The translations under genes were made by a program, and so were the position numbers. Shown here piece after piece: positions 29,773-39,563 of a DNA stretch of 64,000 bases. Each line of letters opens with the position of its first letter. Positions within the stretch are counted from its first letter, which is position 1. The notes below the pieces were generated by a model, which saw only the letters and a list, made by a program, of their open reading frames with translations, made no database searches and was not told the origin of the DNA. The stretch is from Candidatus Saccharimonadales bacterium. GTDB taxonomy: Bacteria > Patescibacteriota > Saccharimonadia > Saccharimonadales > 2-12-FULL-41-12. The stretch covers positions 273,965-337,964 of the forward strand of contig JANWLD010000001.1 of NCBI GenBank assembly GCA_025451045.1, in the 5' to 3' direction.

Positions 29773-30819
29773 ATGTCACAAAGAGTTTTTGTTGGGATGA
29801 GCGGCGGTGTAGATTCGTCTTTAACAGCATCATTATTGCTTGAGCAAGGTTATGACGTCGTGGGCGTCTACATGAAAAACTGGACTCAGGATATCCCCGG
29901 TTTTGAGTGCCCTTGGAAAGAAGATTTTCAGGATGCCAAGCGTACGGCCGTCAAGCTAGGCATAGATTTTCGTACTTTTGATTTTGAGAAAGATTATAAG
30001 CACAAAGTCGTTGACTATATGATTAGCGAGTACCAGGCCGGCCGCACGCCAAACCCAGACATCATGTGCAATCAGGAAATCAAGTTCAAATTGTTCTTGG
30101 ACACGGCCTTAGAAAACAGCGCGGATCTTATAGCTACCGGCCATTACGCCCGCACAAAAAACGGAGAACTTCGTGTTGCTAAAGATAAAGCCAAGGATCA
30201 GACTTATTTCTTGTATCGAGTTACGTCTGACGCTTTATCAAAAACCCTGATGCCGATTGGCGAATTTTCTTCTAAAGAAGAAGTCAGAAAAGAGGCCAAA
30301 AAACGCGGTTTGCCGACTGCCGGCAAAAAAGACAGCCAAGGCATCTGTTTTGTCGGAAAAGTCGGTATCAAGGAGTTTTTGAGCCAATATGTAAAGGCCA
30401 GACCTGGTGTGATAATTAATCAATCAGGCAAAGAAATCGGCGAGCACGAAGGGGCAATTTTCTACACTATCGGCCAGCGCCATGGCTTGGACGTTGGCGG
30501 CGGCCTGCCGTATTACGTTACGAAAAAAGACATGAAGACCAACACTGTTTTCGTAACCACCGATTTATCGGACAAAGAATTATGGTCAAAAGAAATAAAT
30601 CTGACGGACTTGCATTGGATTAATCCTCAAACTACGAACTACGAACTACTAACTACTAAGCGCCTTAAGGCGCGCCTGCGTTATCGCGGCCCGTTGGTTG
30701 GTTGTACAATCAAAGACAACAAGCTGGTTTTAGATGAAGAACAACGCGCAATCTCCGCAGGCCAATCTGCTGTCCTATACGACGGCAACCAAGTTCTCGG
30801 TGGCGGAATTATTATTTAG
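29773..30819 (+). CDS. mnmA: tRNA 2-thiouridylase
   Basis: GMSGGVDSS, TPNPDIMCN..IKF, ATGHY, KDQTYFL, DSQGICF and YTIGQRHGL motifs. Confidence 0.97.
   Translation: MSQRVFVGMSGGVDSSLTASLLLEQGYDVVGVYMKNWTQDIPGFECPWKEDFQDAKRTAVKLGIDFRTFDFEKDYKHKVVDYMISEYQAGRTPNPDIMCNQEIKFKLFLDTALENSADLIATGHYARTKNGELRVAKDKAKDQTYFLYRVTSDALSKTLMPIGEFSSKEEVRKEAKKRGLPTAGKKDSQGICFVGKVGIKEFLSQYVKARPGVIINQSGKEIGEHEGAIFYTIGQRHGLDVGGGLPYYVTKKDMKTNTVFVTTDLSDKELWSKEINLTDLHWINPQTTNYELLTTKRLKARLRYRGPLVGCTIKDNKLVLDEEQRAISAGQSAVLYDGNQVLGGGIII
30630..30659 (+). repeat. Heptamer tandem repeat inside mnmA
   Basis: AACTACG AACTACG AACTACT AACTACT AA. Confidence 0.75.
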
Positions 30820-31159
30820 GAAGACCGTTCTGCTCAATATGCTCGGAAGTTTCGGCTGCATCCACTGCTACGCGTCCGGCACTTTCGGCTTTTGATTTTA
30901 TTAGCTTAGAGGATTGCCTGAGCCTTCCTTCAAGGTAAATTTCAGTATCTAAGTCAATCTTTGTTGTTCCACTATCATCCTGCAACTCTTGTATGCGCTT
31001 TAAGACTTTACGTCTAGATCTTAAGCTAGGGTCTGTAAGTGCTACTAGGGCATTAGTAGCAAAAGTAAGTGCTTCAGCTTCTTGGCTTGCGTTACGAGAA
31101 ACGTTCCTATAACTTTCAGCTGTTGCTCTTTCGTCAACCGTCAATTTCTTGCCTTCCAT
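30812..31159 (-). CDS. Hypothetical protein
   Basis: ORF fills the mnmA-alaS gap; ATG 31159 is preceded by TGgTAATAT. Confidence 0.55.
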   Translation of the reverse strand: MEGKKLTVDERATAESYRNVSRNASQEAEALTFATNALVALTDPSLRSRRKVLKRIQELQDDSGTTKIDLDTEIYLEGRLRQSSKLIKSKAESAGRVAVDAAETSEHIEQNGLPK

Positions 31160-31219
31160 AATTAAAACTATATTACCATCCAAATCCAATTTAAGCAAAT
31201 ATTTGATACACTATTACTA

Positions 31220-33103
31220 ATGACAGCGCAGGAGATACGAAAAGCTTATATTGATTTTTTTGTGAAGCAAAAACATGTCCCCATTCCGCGAGCTCAATTA
31301 GTGCCGCAGGATGACCCGACAACGCTTTTCACCGGTTCCGGTATGCAGCCGCTTATTCCATACCTGCTCGGCGAAGAACATCCGGAGGGAAAGCGCTTGG
31401 TAAATAGTCAAACCTGCTTGCGCGCCCAGGATATAGAAGAAGTTGGCGACAACAGCCACACTACGTTTTTTGAAATGCTCGGCAACTGGAGCTTGGGCGA
31501 TTATTTTAAAGAAGAGCAAATAAAATGGTTTTTTGAATTTTTAACGGACGAGGTCGGCTTGGATCCGAACAAACTCTACGTCAGCTGTTTTATCGGCAGT
31601 AAAGAACACGGTATACCCAAAGACGAGGAAACGGCCAAAATCTGGCAAGACTTATTCAAATCCAAAGGTATTGAAACCAAAATCGTCGACATCGGCAGCC
31701 AGAAAGACGGTGATAAAAAGGGCATGGACGGCGGCAGGATATTTTACTATGATGACGGCGAGAATTGGTGGAGCCGGGCCGGCGGCCTGGATACTACGCC
31801 TATCGGCGACCCTTGCGGCCCGGACAGCGAGGTGTTTTACGATTTTGGCGAAGACAAGCACAACGAAAGCTACGGCAAGCCGCACCCGGCCAGTGACTCC
31901 GGCCGGTTTATGGAAATCGGCAACCAAGTCTTTATGCAATATCTGCGCACCAAAGACGGTTTTGAGCCGCTGAAGAAGAAAAACGTCGATTTCGGAGGGG
32001 GGCTGGAACGGATAGCCGCTGCCGCCATAAACAGTCCGGATGTTTTTAAAATCAGCCTGCTTTGGCCGATTATTGAAAAATTAGAAGAGTTATCAGCCAA
32101 GAAATACGGGCAACATACGGCTAGTATGCGAGTAATAGCCGATCATTTGCGCGGCGTGGTTTTTCTTGCTGTCGACGGTGTTGCGCCGAGCAACAAAGAG
32201 CAAGGCTATGTTGCCAGACGGCTGATTCGCCGGGCTATCCGCTACGCTTTTGAGCTGGGTATTGAGCAGGGAATCTGTGAGCAGATTACCCCGGTAATTG
32301 TGGGTTTGTACAAAAAAGACTTCCCGGAAGTCGCTAAAGTTGAAAAACAGGTGATAGAAACCTTGGTTCGCGAAGAAAGAATCTTCCGCCAAACTCTTAG
32401 AAGTGGCTTACGACAACTTAATAAGACAATAGATGCTTTTGGCTCCCTGACAGGAAAAGATATATTTAGACTGTACGATACTTACGGATTTCCTGTCGAA
32501 CTCATTAAAGAGGAAGCTTATAAACGCAATATTGATATATCCGAAAACGCAGACAAAGAGTTTGAAAAGCTGATGAAACAGCAGCGTGAACGAAGCCAGA
32601 CTGCGACAAAGGGCGTGTTCAAAGGCGGTTTGGTTGACCATTCGGACGAAACTAAAAAACTCCATACCGCCACGCACCTGATGTACGAAGCGCTTCGCCA
32701 AGTGCTCGGCGACCATGTTGTCCAGCGCGGCAGTAATGTCAGCGCCCAACGCACACGATTTGACTTTTCCCACCCTGAAAAAGTAACCCGTGACAAGCTT
32801 GATGAAGTCGAAAAAATCGTCAATGAACAGATAAAAAAAGACTTAAAAGTGGAGTGGAAAGAATATCCGACTAAAGAAGCTTTCAAACTGGGAGCCAAAG
32901 GAGCTTTCGGCGACAAATACGGAGATAAAGTAAAGGTATACATTATGTCTGCTCCAAGCGAAAAGCCGTTCAGCATCGAAATCTGCGGCGGCCCGCATGT
33001 CGAACACACCGGCGTGTTAGCCGAAGGCGGGAAAAAATTCAAAATCGCCAAAGAGGAAGCATCATCCGCTGGTGTGCGAAGAATTAAGGCAATCTTAAAA
33101 TAA
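31220..33103 (+). CDS. alaS: Alanine--tRNA ligase (short form lacking C-Ala domain)
   Basis: TLFTGSGMQP, HTTFFEMLGNWS, CGPDSE, DFGGGLER and IADHLR motifs; editing HTATHL and EICGGPHV. Confidence 0.96.
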   Translation: MTAQEIRKAYIDFFVKQKHVPIPRAQLVPQDDPTTLFTGSGMQPLIPYLLGEEHPEGKRLVNSQTCLRAQDIEEVGDNSHTTFFEMLGNWSLGDYFKEEQIKWFFEFLTDEVGLDPNKLYVSCFIGSKEHGIPKDEETAKIWQDLFKSKGIETKIVDIGSQKDGDKKGMDGGRIFYYDDGENWWSRAGGLDTTPIGDPCGPDSEVFYDFGEDKHNESYGKPHPASDSGRFMEIGNQVFMQYLRTKDGFEPLKKKNVDFGGGLERIAAAAINSPDVFKISLLWPIIEKLEELSAKKYGQHTASMRVIADHLRGVVFLAVDGVAPSNKEQGYVARRLIRRAIRYAFELGIEQGICEQITPVIVGLYKKDFPEVAKVEKQVIETLVREERIFRQTLRSGLRQLNKTIDAFGSLTGKDIFRLYDTYGFPVELIKEEAYKRNIDISENADKEFEKLMKQQRERSQTATKGVFKGGLVDHSDETKKLHTATHLMYEALRQVLGDHVVQRGSNVSAQRTRFDFSHPEKVTRDKLDEVEKIVNEQIKKDLKVEWKEYPTKEAFKLGAKGAFGDKYGDKVKVYIMSAPSEKPFSIEICGGPHVEHTGVLAEGGKKFKIAKEEASSAGVRRIKAILK

Positions 33104-33112
33104 AACTGGGAA

Positions 33113-33188
33113 GAGCAGCCGGAGCGTCGGCATTCACTGCCGCGCGCCGCGCGATGAGAAACCCTAGAATAGGGTGTCTCATAAGGCG
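33113..33188 (+). repeat. Structured repeat copy A
   Basis: GAGCAG..GAGCGTCGG..CCGCGC..CGATGAGA..TCTCATAAGGCG, shared with 33661-33730. Confidence 0.8.
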
Positions 33189-33252
33189 AAGCCGAAAAGA
33201 AGAAGCTTCATCCGCCGGAGTCAGAAGAGTCAAAGGCGTCTTAGTTTAGATA

Positions 33253-33573
33253 TTAATTTTCTGCGGAAAAATCGTTCGCTGTTTCGCCTATTTCTAAAGT
33301 CATACCTGAGGCTTCAATAGCACTTTTTACTGCTGTGAATACTTTTTTGGACCGATCATGCCTGAATTTGCCGAAATGATTGTAGGCGACAGTTATAACG
33401 GTCATTCGCCTGTTTCCGTTTTCACCGGCATGGATAACACTGTTTGCCTCGCCAAGACCTTTTGCTTCGCTCAAAACGGTTTCTTCCAAGCCAGGGACAT
33501 ATACCAGGGTTGTTTGGCCGGCGCTTTCATAGGCGCCAGCTAATATCTCTTTTATCTCAGGTTCTTTTGACAT
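33253..33573 (-). CDS. Hypothetical protein flanked by structured repeats
   Basis: 106-aa ORF with ATG; fills the space between repeat copies A and B. Confidence 0.55.
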   Translation of the reverse strand: MSKEPEIKEILAGAYESAGQTTLVYVPGLEETVLSEAKGLGEANSVIHAGENGNRRMTVITVAYNHFGKFRHDRSKKVFTAVKSAIEASGMTLEIGETANDFSAEN

Positions 33574-33660
33574 ACTCGAAATTCTTAAATGGGTTAGTTA
33601 TAATAATATATTTTGGTAAAAACATCAAGGCCTAAACTTTTTGATTTAAGGTATAGGGGT

Positions 33661-33730
33661 GAGCAGACCGAGCGTCGGATTTATTCCGCGCCCGGATCGA
33701 TGAGAGGGGATGTTCCCCTCTCATAAGGCG
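33661..33730 (+). repeat. Structured repeat copy B
   Basis: Same conserved blocks as copy A with compensatory stem changes. Confidence 0.8.
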
Positions 33731-33765
33731 GAATCGTAATTGATTATGCTAAAATGTAGCCAGTT

Positions 33766-34392
33766 ATGTTTACTTCACGCTTTGTAAACAAAGTTTCTCT
33801 TATAGTGATTGCATTTATTTTGGTCGCATTGGCTTTTGCGGGTTTTGCTGTCGTTAAGGCTGATACCTCTCCCGCCAATACTCCGCCGGGAAGTACCCTT
33901 CAGCAACGGATTACCCAGCGTAAAAATGAACGCCAGTCAAGGCTTAACATCGATGATAAACAACGTCTTCAGAGTCAATGCACGCTTGCCCAAAGCAAGC
34001 TCAGGACCTTGGGGGATACTTACAGCTCTTCCTCTGACAAAAGAGATAAGGTTTATCGCAATATTGACGCTACATTGTGGATTATCATCGGCAAACTCAA
34101 ACTGGCGGACAAAGACACTTATAGTTTGGAACAACAAAGGACAAGTTACATTAAAAGAGTGCAGGCTTTTGAGAACCAATCGGACCAATTCCAACAGGCT
34201 GTAAAAGATATCGTGGCTATGAACTGCAAGGCCGACCCGACTGGTTTTAAGGCCTTACTACAAACTGCCAGACTATATAACGCCCAGATAAGAAGCTCGT
34301 TTATTGGTATTAAATCTTATCTGATTGATACTATCCAGCCGACAATCAGTAAACAATCGGACAGCTTGAAACTTAAAACGGAGGCTCAGTAG
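33766..34392 (+). CDS. Hypothetical secreted helical protein
   Basis: Signal peptide ending VKA-D; helical body with two Cys. Confidence 0.7.
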   Translation: MFTSRFVNKVSLIVIAFILVALAFAGFAVVKADTSPANTPPGSTLQQRITQRKNERQSRLNIDDKQRLQSQCTLAQSKLRTLGDTYSSSSDKRDKVYRNIDATLWIIIGKLKLADKDTYSLEQQRTSYIKRVQAFENQSDQFQQAVKDIVAMNCKADPTGFKALLQTARLYNAQIRSSFIGIKSYLIDTIQPTISKQSDSLKLKTEAQ

Positions 34393-34394
34393 CT

Positions 34395-34826
34395 ATGGAC
34401 CCGACGGACCAAAATTCCGACCAGCCGCAGGCAGTGAAACCTGATACTTTGTTTAGTCCAAGCGTGCCAACTCAGCCGCCGGCTTCTGCGCATACTACTG
34501 CTCAGACACCATCCGGGGATAACCCGTCACCAGCTTTTACTCCCAGTGCGGGTGCCGAGAAAAGAAAGAAGATCATTATTATCTCCGCCATAGTCTTCGG
34601 CAGCATCTTTTTAATACTGATAATCTTTGTGCTGGTGTCTTCCGTCGATAAAAAAACTCCGCAGGCCCGGACGGACCAGACCACCCAGCAAAACGACATC
34701 TTAGCCTCGCCCAGCGCGCTTGATATAGAGAACGCTGACAATTCCATATCCTCTGACATAACCGGGCTGGATGATGACAATGATTTCCCAGCGGCCAATT
34801 TATCAGATGAAAACTTGCAGCTTTGA
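34395..34826 (+). CDS. Hypothetical single-pass membrane protein
   Basis: P/S/T-rich N-terminus, KRKK plus TM, acidic tail. Confidence 0.65.
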   Translation: MDPTDQNSDQPQAVKPDTLFSPSVPTQPPASAHTTAQTPSGDNPSPAFTPSAGAEKRKKIIIISAIVFGSIFLILIIFVLVSSVDKKTPQARTDQTTQQNDILASPSALDIENADNSISSDITGLDDDNDFPAANLSDENLQL

Positions 34827-34891
34827 TTAAGACTAGACTTCTCGCCCTATCTGTTAGAACGAAGGGCCGCATGGTATAATATTAGACGCTT

Positions 34892-36187
34892 ATGCTCCGA
34901 AAAATAAAAAATCTTGCGGATTCTGCCGCATCCATGAAACGTCAATCAAAAGCGGCTCAGCATATAGTTGCTTTGGACGTCGGTACCGAAAATGTCAAGG
35001 CGCTTATCGGCCGAGTAACTGACGAAGGCGTGCAGATTGTCGGTGTTGGCCGAGCGCATCAGCAGCTTAGCGATATGCAAGCCGGAGCCGTGGCTGATAT
35101 CGGCTCGGTTGTCGAAAATTGTAACAAGGCATTAGCCCAAGCCGAAGAACAAGCTCAAATTAGCGTACGTACAGCTGTTGTCGGTATCGCCGGAGAGTTG
35201 GTAAAAGGCACGACTACGACTATCAGGTGTACCCGCAAAGACCCGAACTTGGAACTGGATGTTGATGAGATGGAGAGGATTATCGAACTTGTTCAGGAGC
35301 GAGCTGAAGCGCAGGCAAGAAAAAACCTGGAGCTGGAACTAGGCGGACAGCATATAGATGTCCGGCTGGTTAACAGCGCGCTGGTAAGTATCAGCATTGA
35401 CGGCTATAACGTTACTAATCCTATCGGATTTAAGGGCCGGGATATCTTGGTCCAGCTCTATACGGCTTTTGCGCCGATGATACATATCTCGGCGTTGGAA
35501 CGTGTAGCCAACGAACTTGACCTTGATCTGCTGGCCGTAGCCGCTGAGCCGTTTGCGGTGGCCCGTTCGGTCATTGGCGATAGCACCAATGCGACTATGA
35601 GCGCCATCCTGATGGACGTCGGCGGTGGAACCACTGATATTGCCGTGATTAACGAAGGCGGAGTGCAGGGAACCAAAATGTTTGGCATTGGCGGCCGCGC
35701 CTTTACCCGTTCTATTGAAAGGGATTTGGGTGTTGAGTTTGATGTCGCGGAAAAGTTAAAACTGGATTTTTCCACGCGGGCCGAAGAAGAATTGAACCAG
35801 CACGCATCTATCAGTGAAAGCCTGGAAAAAACCTGCGATGTCTGGCTATCAGGCGTAGAATTGGCTCTTTCCGACTATAGCGATTTAGAGAACCTGCCGC
35901 ATCAGATACTGCTTTGCGGCGGCGGCGCGAGCTTGAAAAAACTTATTGATACGCTTAATCAGACCAATTGGTACGGACAACTGCCATTTACCCGCAAACC
36001 GCGGATTTCCCTGATTAACCCCGACCAAGTTGTTGGTATTGAGGATACTACCAGCCGGGTTGAGGACCATACCTATATAACTGCCATGGGCTTGCTAAGG
36101 GTTGGCCTTGACACTATCCAGCAGCAGGAAGACATTGCTTCAACTAGCGGGCTGAGGGCAAGGTTTGATAGGATGTTACGTATATGA
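34892..36187 (+). CDS. FtsA-like actin-fold ATPase (not adjacent to ftsZ)
   Basis: VALDVGT, AEPFA, MDVGGGTTD, GGRAFT, AEKLK and LCGGGA motifs. Confidence 0.88.
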   Translation: MLRKIKNLADSAASMKRQSKAAQHIVALDVGTENVKALIGRVTDEGVQIVGVGRAHQQLSDMQAGAVADIGSVVENCNKALAQAEEQAQISVRTAVVGIAGELVKGTTTTIRCTRKDPNLELDVDEMERIIELVQERAEAQARKNLELELGGQHIDVRLVNSALVSISIDGYNVTNPIGFKGRDILVQLYTAFAPMIHISALERVANELDLDLLAVAAEPFAVARSVIGDSTNATMSAILMDVGGGTTDIAVINEGGVQGTKMFGIGGRAFTRSIERDLGVEFDVAEKLKLDFSTRAEEELNQHASISESLEKTCDVWLSGVELALSDYSDLENLPHQILLCGGGASLKKLIDTLNQTNWYGQLPFTRKPRISLINPDQVVGIEDTTSRVEDHTYITAMGLLRVGLDTIQQQEDIASTSGLRARFDRMLRI

Positions 36188-37818
36188 CAGCCGATTCAAA
36201 AGATACTATCTATATTGACGTTGATGAAGAAATTACCGGTATAATCAGCAAAATCCAAAACAGCGATAAGGATATAGTGGCCTTGGTATTGCCCAAACGA
36301 GCGTCTGTTTTGCAGTCCATAGTCAATATGAAGTTGCTAAAACGGGCGCAAGACCAGCACAAAAAGAAAGTAGTACTGATAACTTCCGAATCCCGCATAT
36401 TGCCTTTAGCGGGGGCGGCTAGCCTGTTCGTCGCGTCTAACCTGACCAGCAAACCTTATGTTCCGCTAGCTAAAGTAACCGGCAAAGAAACAGCTGACGG
36501 TGAAAAAGACGACATTGACCCAAATACCCCCGTTTCCCAAGTCGTCCCAGCGGCCAAATTCGCCGATTCCGATGACGAAATAGAAATTGACAATACGCCA
36601 AAAACCCCTGAACCCGGTTCAGAAACCGCCAAGTCGAAGAAAAACAAGAAAAACAAAGTACCGAACTTCAGCAAATTCCGCAAAAAAATGATATTCGCAG
36701 GCGCCTTGGGCGTAGCACTGGTTTTTGTGCTGATTTATGCGATTTTTATAGCGCCGAAGGCCAAAGTTACCGTAAAAGCCCAGACCACTGATTTGCCTAT
36801 GACGATTGATTTCATCGCTGATACCAGCGCCGATAGCTTTGACCCAGACCTCAAAATAGTCCGCGCCACAACCAAGGAAGACCAAAAAGACGACAACGAA
36901 AAAGTTAATACGTCCGGCGAAAAAGACAAGGGCGATAAAGCTACGGGTACAGTAACATTTAAAAATTGTGATTTTGGAAGCGGAGCTACGACACTTCCTG
37001 CTGGTACGATTGTTAGCGCCGATGGCTTTTCTTTTTTAACCCAAAAAGCCGTAAAGCTTCCGGCAGATAGTTTTACGGGAGGAGCTTGTACATCGGCTAC
37101 CGCAAGCGGAAGCGTTACTGCTCAAAAGTCAGGCGAAGATTATAATTTAGGCGCTCAGTCATACGCAGTTTCGGGATATTCTGAAGTTCAAGCAAGTGGC
37201 TCGCAAATGAGCGGAGGCAGCAGTAAAATTGTAAAAGTGGTAGCACAAGAAGACGTAGATAAAGCTAAAGAACGGCTAAACGGCAAACCAAGCGACGTAC
37301 ATGACGACTTCGTAAACCAGCTGAAAAGTGACGGCTATGTGCCGATTGAAGATTCTTTCAAATCAAAACCGGGGAGCTATGATGTCAGCCCGGCCGTCGG
37401 TCAGGAAGCCGATGAAGTGACAGTAAGCGTAACTACTAAATACAGCATGCTAGGTATCAAAAAAGAAGATTTGCAGGAATTGGTTAAAAGCGAAGTGGCA
37501 AAAAGCGAGGAAGGCAAGGACAAAACTATCTTAAGCGATGGCATAGACAGCGCAACGTTTAAAGTCAGCGATGACTCCGGCCGGATAGGCGTTACTATGA
37601 ACACTACGGTGGTAGTCGGGCCGGATTTGGATCAGGAAAATATCAAAAGCCAAATAGCCGGTAAAAAGTCCGGAGAGGCTGAGGCTATTTTAAGCCAAGT
37701 GCCAGGTATCAATGAGCCTAAAGTAGAACTCAGCCCATTCTGGGTCGGCAAAGTACCGAAGAAACATTCCAAAATAACGATTGAAGTTCAACAGGCTGAT
37801 GGCAGCCAGATTCCCTAA
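36184..37818 (+). CDS. Single-pass membrane protein with baseplate J/gp47-like extracytoplasmic domain
   Basis: N-terminal IYIDVDEEIT..SIVNMKLLKR domain, linker and TM. Then KATGTVTFKN..TLPAGT..F...V.A...G..YN..SGG, reminiscent of baseplate J-like repeats. Confidence 0.65.
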   Translation: MTADSKDTIYIDVDEEITGIISKIQNSDKDIVALVLPKRASVLQSIVNMKLLKRAQDQHKKKVVLITSESRILPLAGAASLFVASNLTSKPYVPLAKVTGKETADGEKDDIDPNTPVSQVVPAAKFADSDDEIEIDNTPKTPEPGSETAKSKKNKKNKVPNFSKFRKKMIFAGALGVALVFVLIYAIFIAPKAKVTVKAQTTDLPMTIDFIADTSADSFDPDLKIVRATTKEDQKDDNEKVNTSGEKDKGDKATGTVTFKNCDFGSGATTLPAGTIVSADGFSFLTQKAVKLPADSFTGGACTSATASGSVTAQKSGEDYNLGAQSYAVSGYSEVQASGSQMSGGSSKIVKVVAQEDVDKAKERLNGKPSDVHDDFVNQLKSDGYVPIEDSFKSKPGSYDVSPAVGQEADEVTVSVTTKYSMLGIKKEDLQELVKSEVAKSEEGKDKTILSDGIDSATFKVSDDSGRIGVTMNTTVVVGPDLDQENIKSQIAGKKSGEAEAILSQVPGINEPKVELSPFWVGKVPKKHSKITIEVQQADGSQIP

Positions 37819-38212
37819 GGCGATTTTAGCCCTTGATGTCGGCGATGCGCGCATCGGCGTGGCAATAGCGAACACCATTGCTCGCCTACCGGCGCCATTG
37901 ATTATCCTGAAAAATGACAATCAGGTCTTTGACAGCCTTAAAGAACTTGCCGCCCGGCACGAAGTGGATATTATAATTATCGGCCTACCAAGAAATATGC
38001 AAGGCGAGGAAACCGGCCAGTCCAAGGCGATTCGCCGGTTTGCTGAAGAACTTAAAGAACATGTTGACGCCCAAATAATATTCGCGGATGAAAGCCTGAG
38101 CAGTAAACGAGCCGAAGAATACAGCCTTGCGCGCAAACACCAGGCTAAGCACTTAGACGATATTGCGGCTTGCTTTATACTGGAGGAATATCTAGGGAGC
38201 GAAAATGGCTAA
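37799..38212 (+). CDS. ruvX: YqgF/RuvX pre-16S rRNA nuclease
   Basis: LALDVGDARIGVA, IIGLP, DESLSS and DDIAACFIL motifs; start at ATG 37799. Confidence 0.93.
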   Translation: MAARFPKAILALDVGDARIGVAIANTIARLPAPLIILKNDNQVFDSLKELAARHEVDIIIIGLPRNMQGEETGQSKAIRRFAEELKEHVDAQIIFADESLSSKRAEEYSLARKHQAKHLDDIAACFILEEYLGSENG

Positions 38213-39257
38213 ATTCAACCATCGAAATGGGCTAAGTATGAACGACCGCAGAAGGGTAGTGATAACAATCGCCATACTCTTGGTAGTATTGGTGCTTGGA
38301 AGCGCATTCTTGGTTAGAAAGGCTTATCAAAGCAATCTCCAACCGCTTAGTTCGAGTAATGCTGGCATAGTCGTTACTATTAAGCCGGGCACAGCACCAC
38401 CCGAAATTGCTGAACTGCTGAAAAACAAAGGAGTTATCAAAAGCGATTGGGCGATGGAGTGGTATGTGCGCAATCATAATCTGCGTGACAAATTAAAAGC
38501 CGGTACCTATCTATTTCATCCGTCGCAATCTGTCCCGGAAATAGTTGAGCAGATAGCCGAGGGCAAAGTAGCTACTGATTTAGTTACGATTTTACCTGGC
38601 CGCCGACTAGAACAGATAAGAAATGATTTGATAAGAGCTGGTTTCAGTGCAAATAACGTAGACCAGGCGCTGGAAGCAAAGCAGTATGCTAACCATCCGG
38701 CACTGGCTGACAAACCCGAAAATGCCAGCCTGGAAGGCTATTTATACCCCGAAAGTTTTCAAAAGACTGCCGATACCGACGCTCGGCAGATAGTCAAACA
38801 ATCATTGGATGAAATGGCATTACATCTGACACCGGAAATCAGGGCGGCCTTTAATGCTCAGGGCTTGAATGTCCATGAAGGCGTAATACTGGCTTCAATC
38901 GTTGAACGGGAGGTAGCCAACGATACCGACCGTGCAACTGCCGCGCAGGTTTTCCTCAAAAGGCTAAAGATAGGCATGCCGCTCGGCTCGGACGTTACCG
39001 CGTTTTACGGAGCTATAATTGCCGGCCATGACCCTTCTGTCGGTTTTGACAGCCCCTACAATACCCGCATCCACAAAGGCTTGCCTAAAGGGCCCATCAG
39101 CAATGTATCTGACAGCTCGCTCAAGGCTGTTGCCTATCCGGCCAAGACCGATTGGCTGTACTTTGTTTCCGGTGATGACGGCCAAACTTACTTTTCCAAA
39201 ACGCTTGAGGAACACGAGGCCCAGACTCAAAAATATTGTAAAAAACTCTGCAATTAA
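38205..39257 (+). CDS. mltG: Endolytic transglycosylase MltG
   Basis: TM anchor; LEGYLYPES, LASIVERE, SPYNTR..GLPKGPI and WLYFV motifs. Confidence 0.94.
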   Translation: MAKFNHRNGLSMNDRRRVVITIAILLVVLVLGSAFLVRKAYQSNLQPLSSSNAGIVVTIKPGTAPPEIAELLKNKGVIKSDWAMEWYVRNHNLRDKLKAGTYLFHPSQSVPEIVEQIAEGKVATDLVTILPGRRLEQIRNDLIRAGFSANNVDQALEAKQYANHPALADKPENASLEGYLYPESFQKTADTDARQIVKQSLDEMALHLTPEIRAAFNAQGLNVHEGVILASIVEREVANDTDRATAAQVFLKRLKIGMPLGSDVTAFYGAIIAGHDPSVGFDSPYNTRIHKGLPKGPISNVSDSSLKAVAYPAKTDWLYFVSGDDGQTYFSKTLEEHEAQTQKYCKKLCN

Positions 39258-39563
39258 AAACTACTATACCTCTGTTACTAACTATAAAAAGTCCACAAAA
39301 AACATTGCGCCGCAATATTAAATTTGTTACACTTGCTGTTGCAGTTTTGGATGAAATAAAAATCTTAACACTTGTAAAAAATTCGTTTATCCATTAACTG
39401 TGCTTGCCCGCTAAAAGCTAAGTATAAAAAATCAAGACAGGTCGACTTTCTTGAAAACAATAATTAACCACAGCGGCCAAGATTCCAGGAGTAGTTTATT
39501 CGTAGCTCAATCGGTGTTGCCTCTGAGCGTTTTGTACAAAAACGAGGGGAAGCAACGCGTAAA

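Noticed and set aside
31220..33103. alaS as a truncated pseudogene (627 aa)
   Set aside because: Catalytic and editing motifs are intact with a clean stop; short AlaRS lacking C-Ala is a known natural form.
33113..33730. Hammerhead ribozyme or integron attC reading of the structured repeats
   Set aside because: GATGAG resembles the hammerhead core, but CUGANGA and the GAAA after stem II are missing. There are no RYYYAAC/GTTRRRY attC ends and no integrase.
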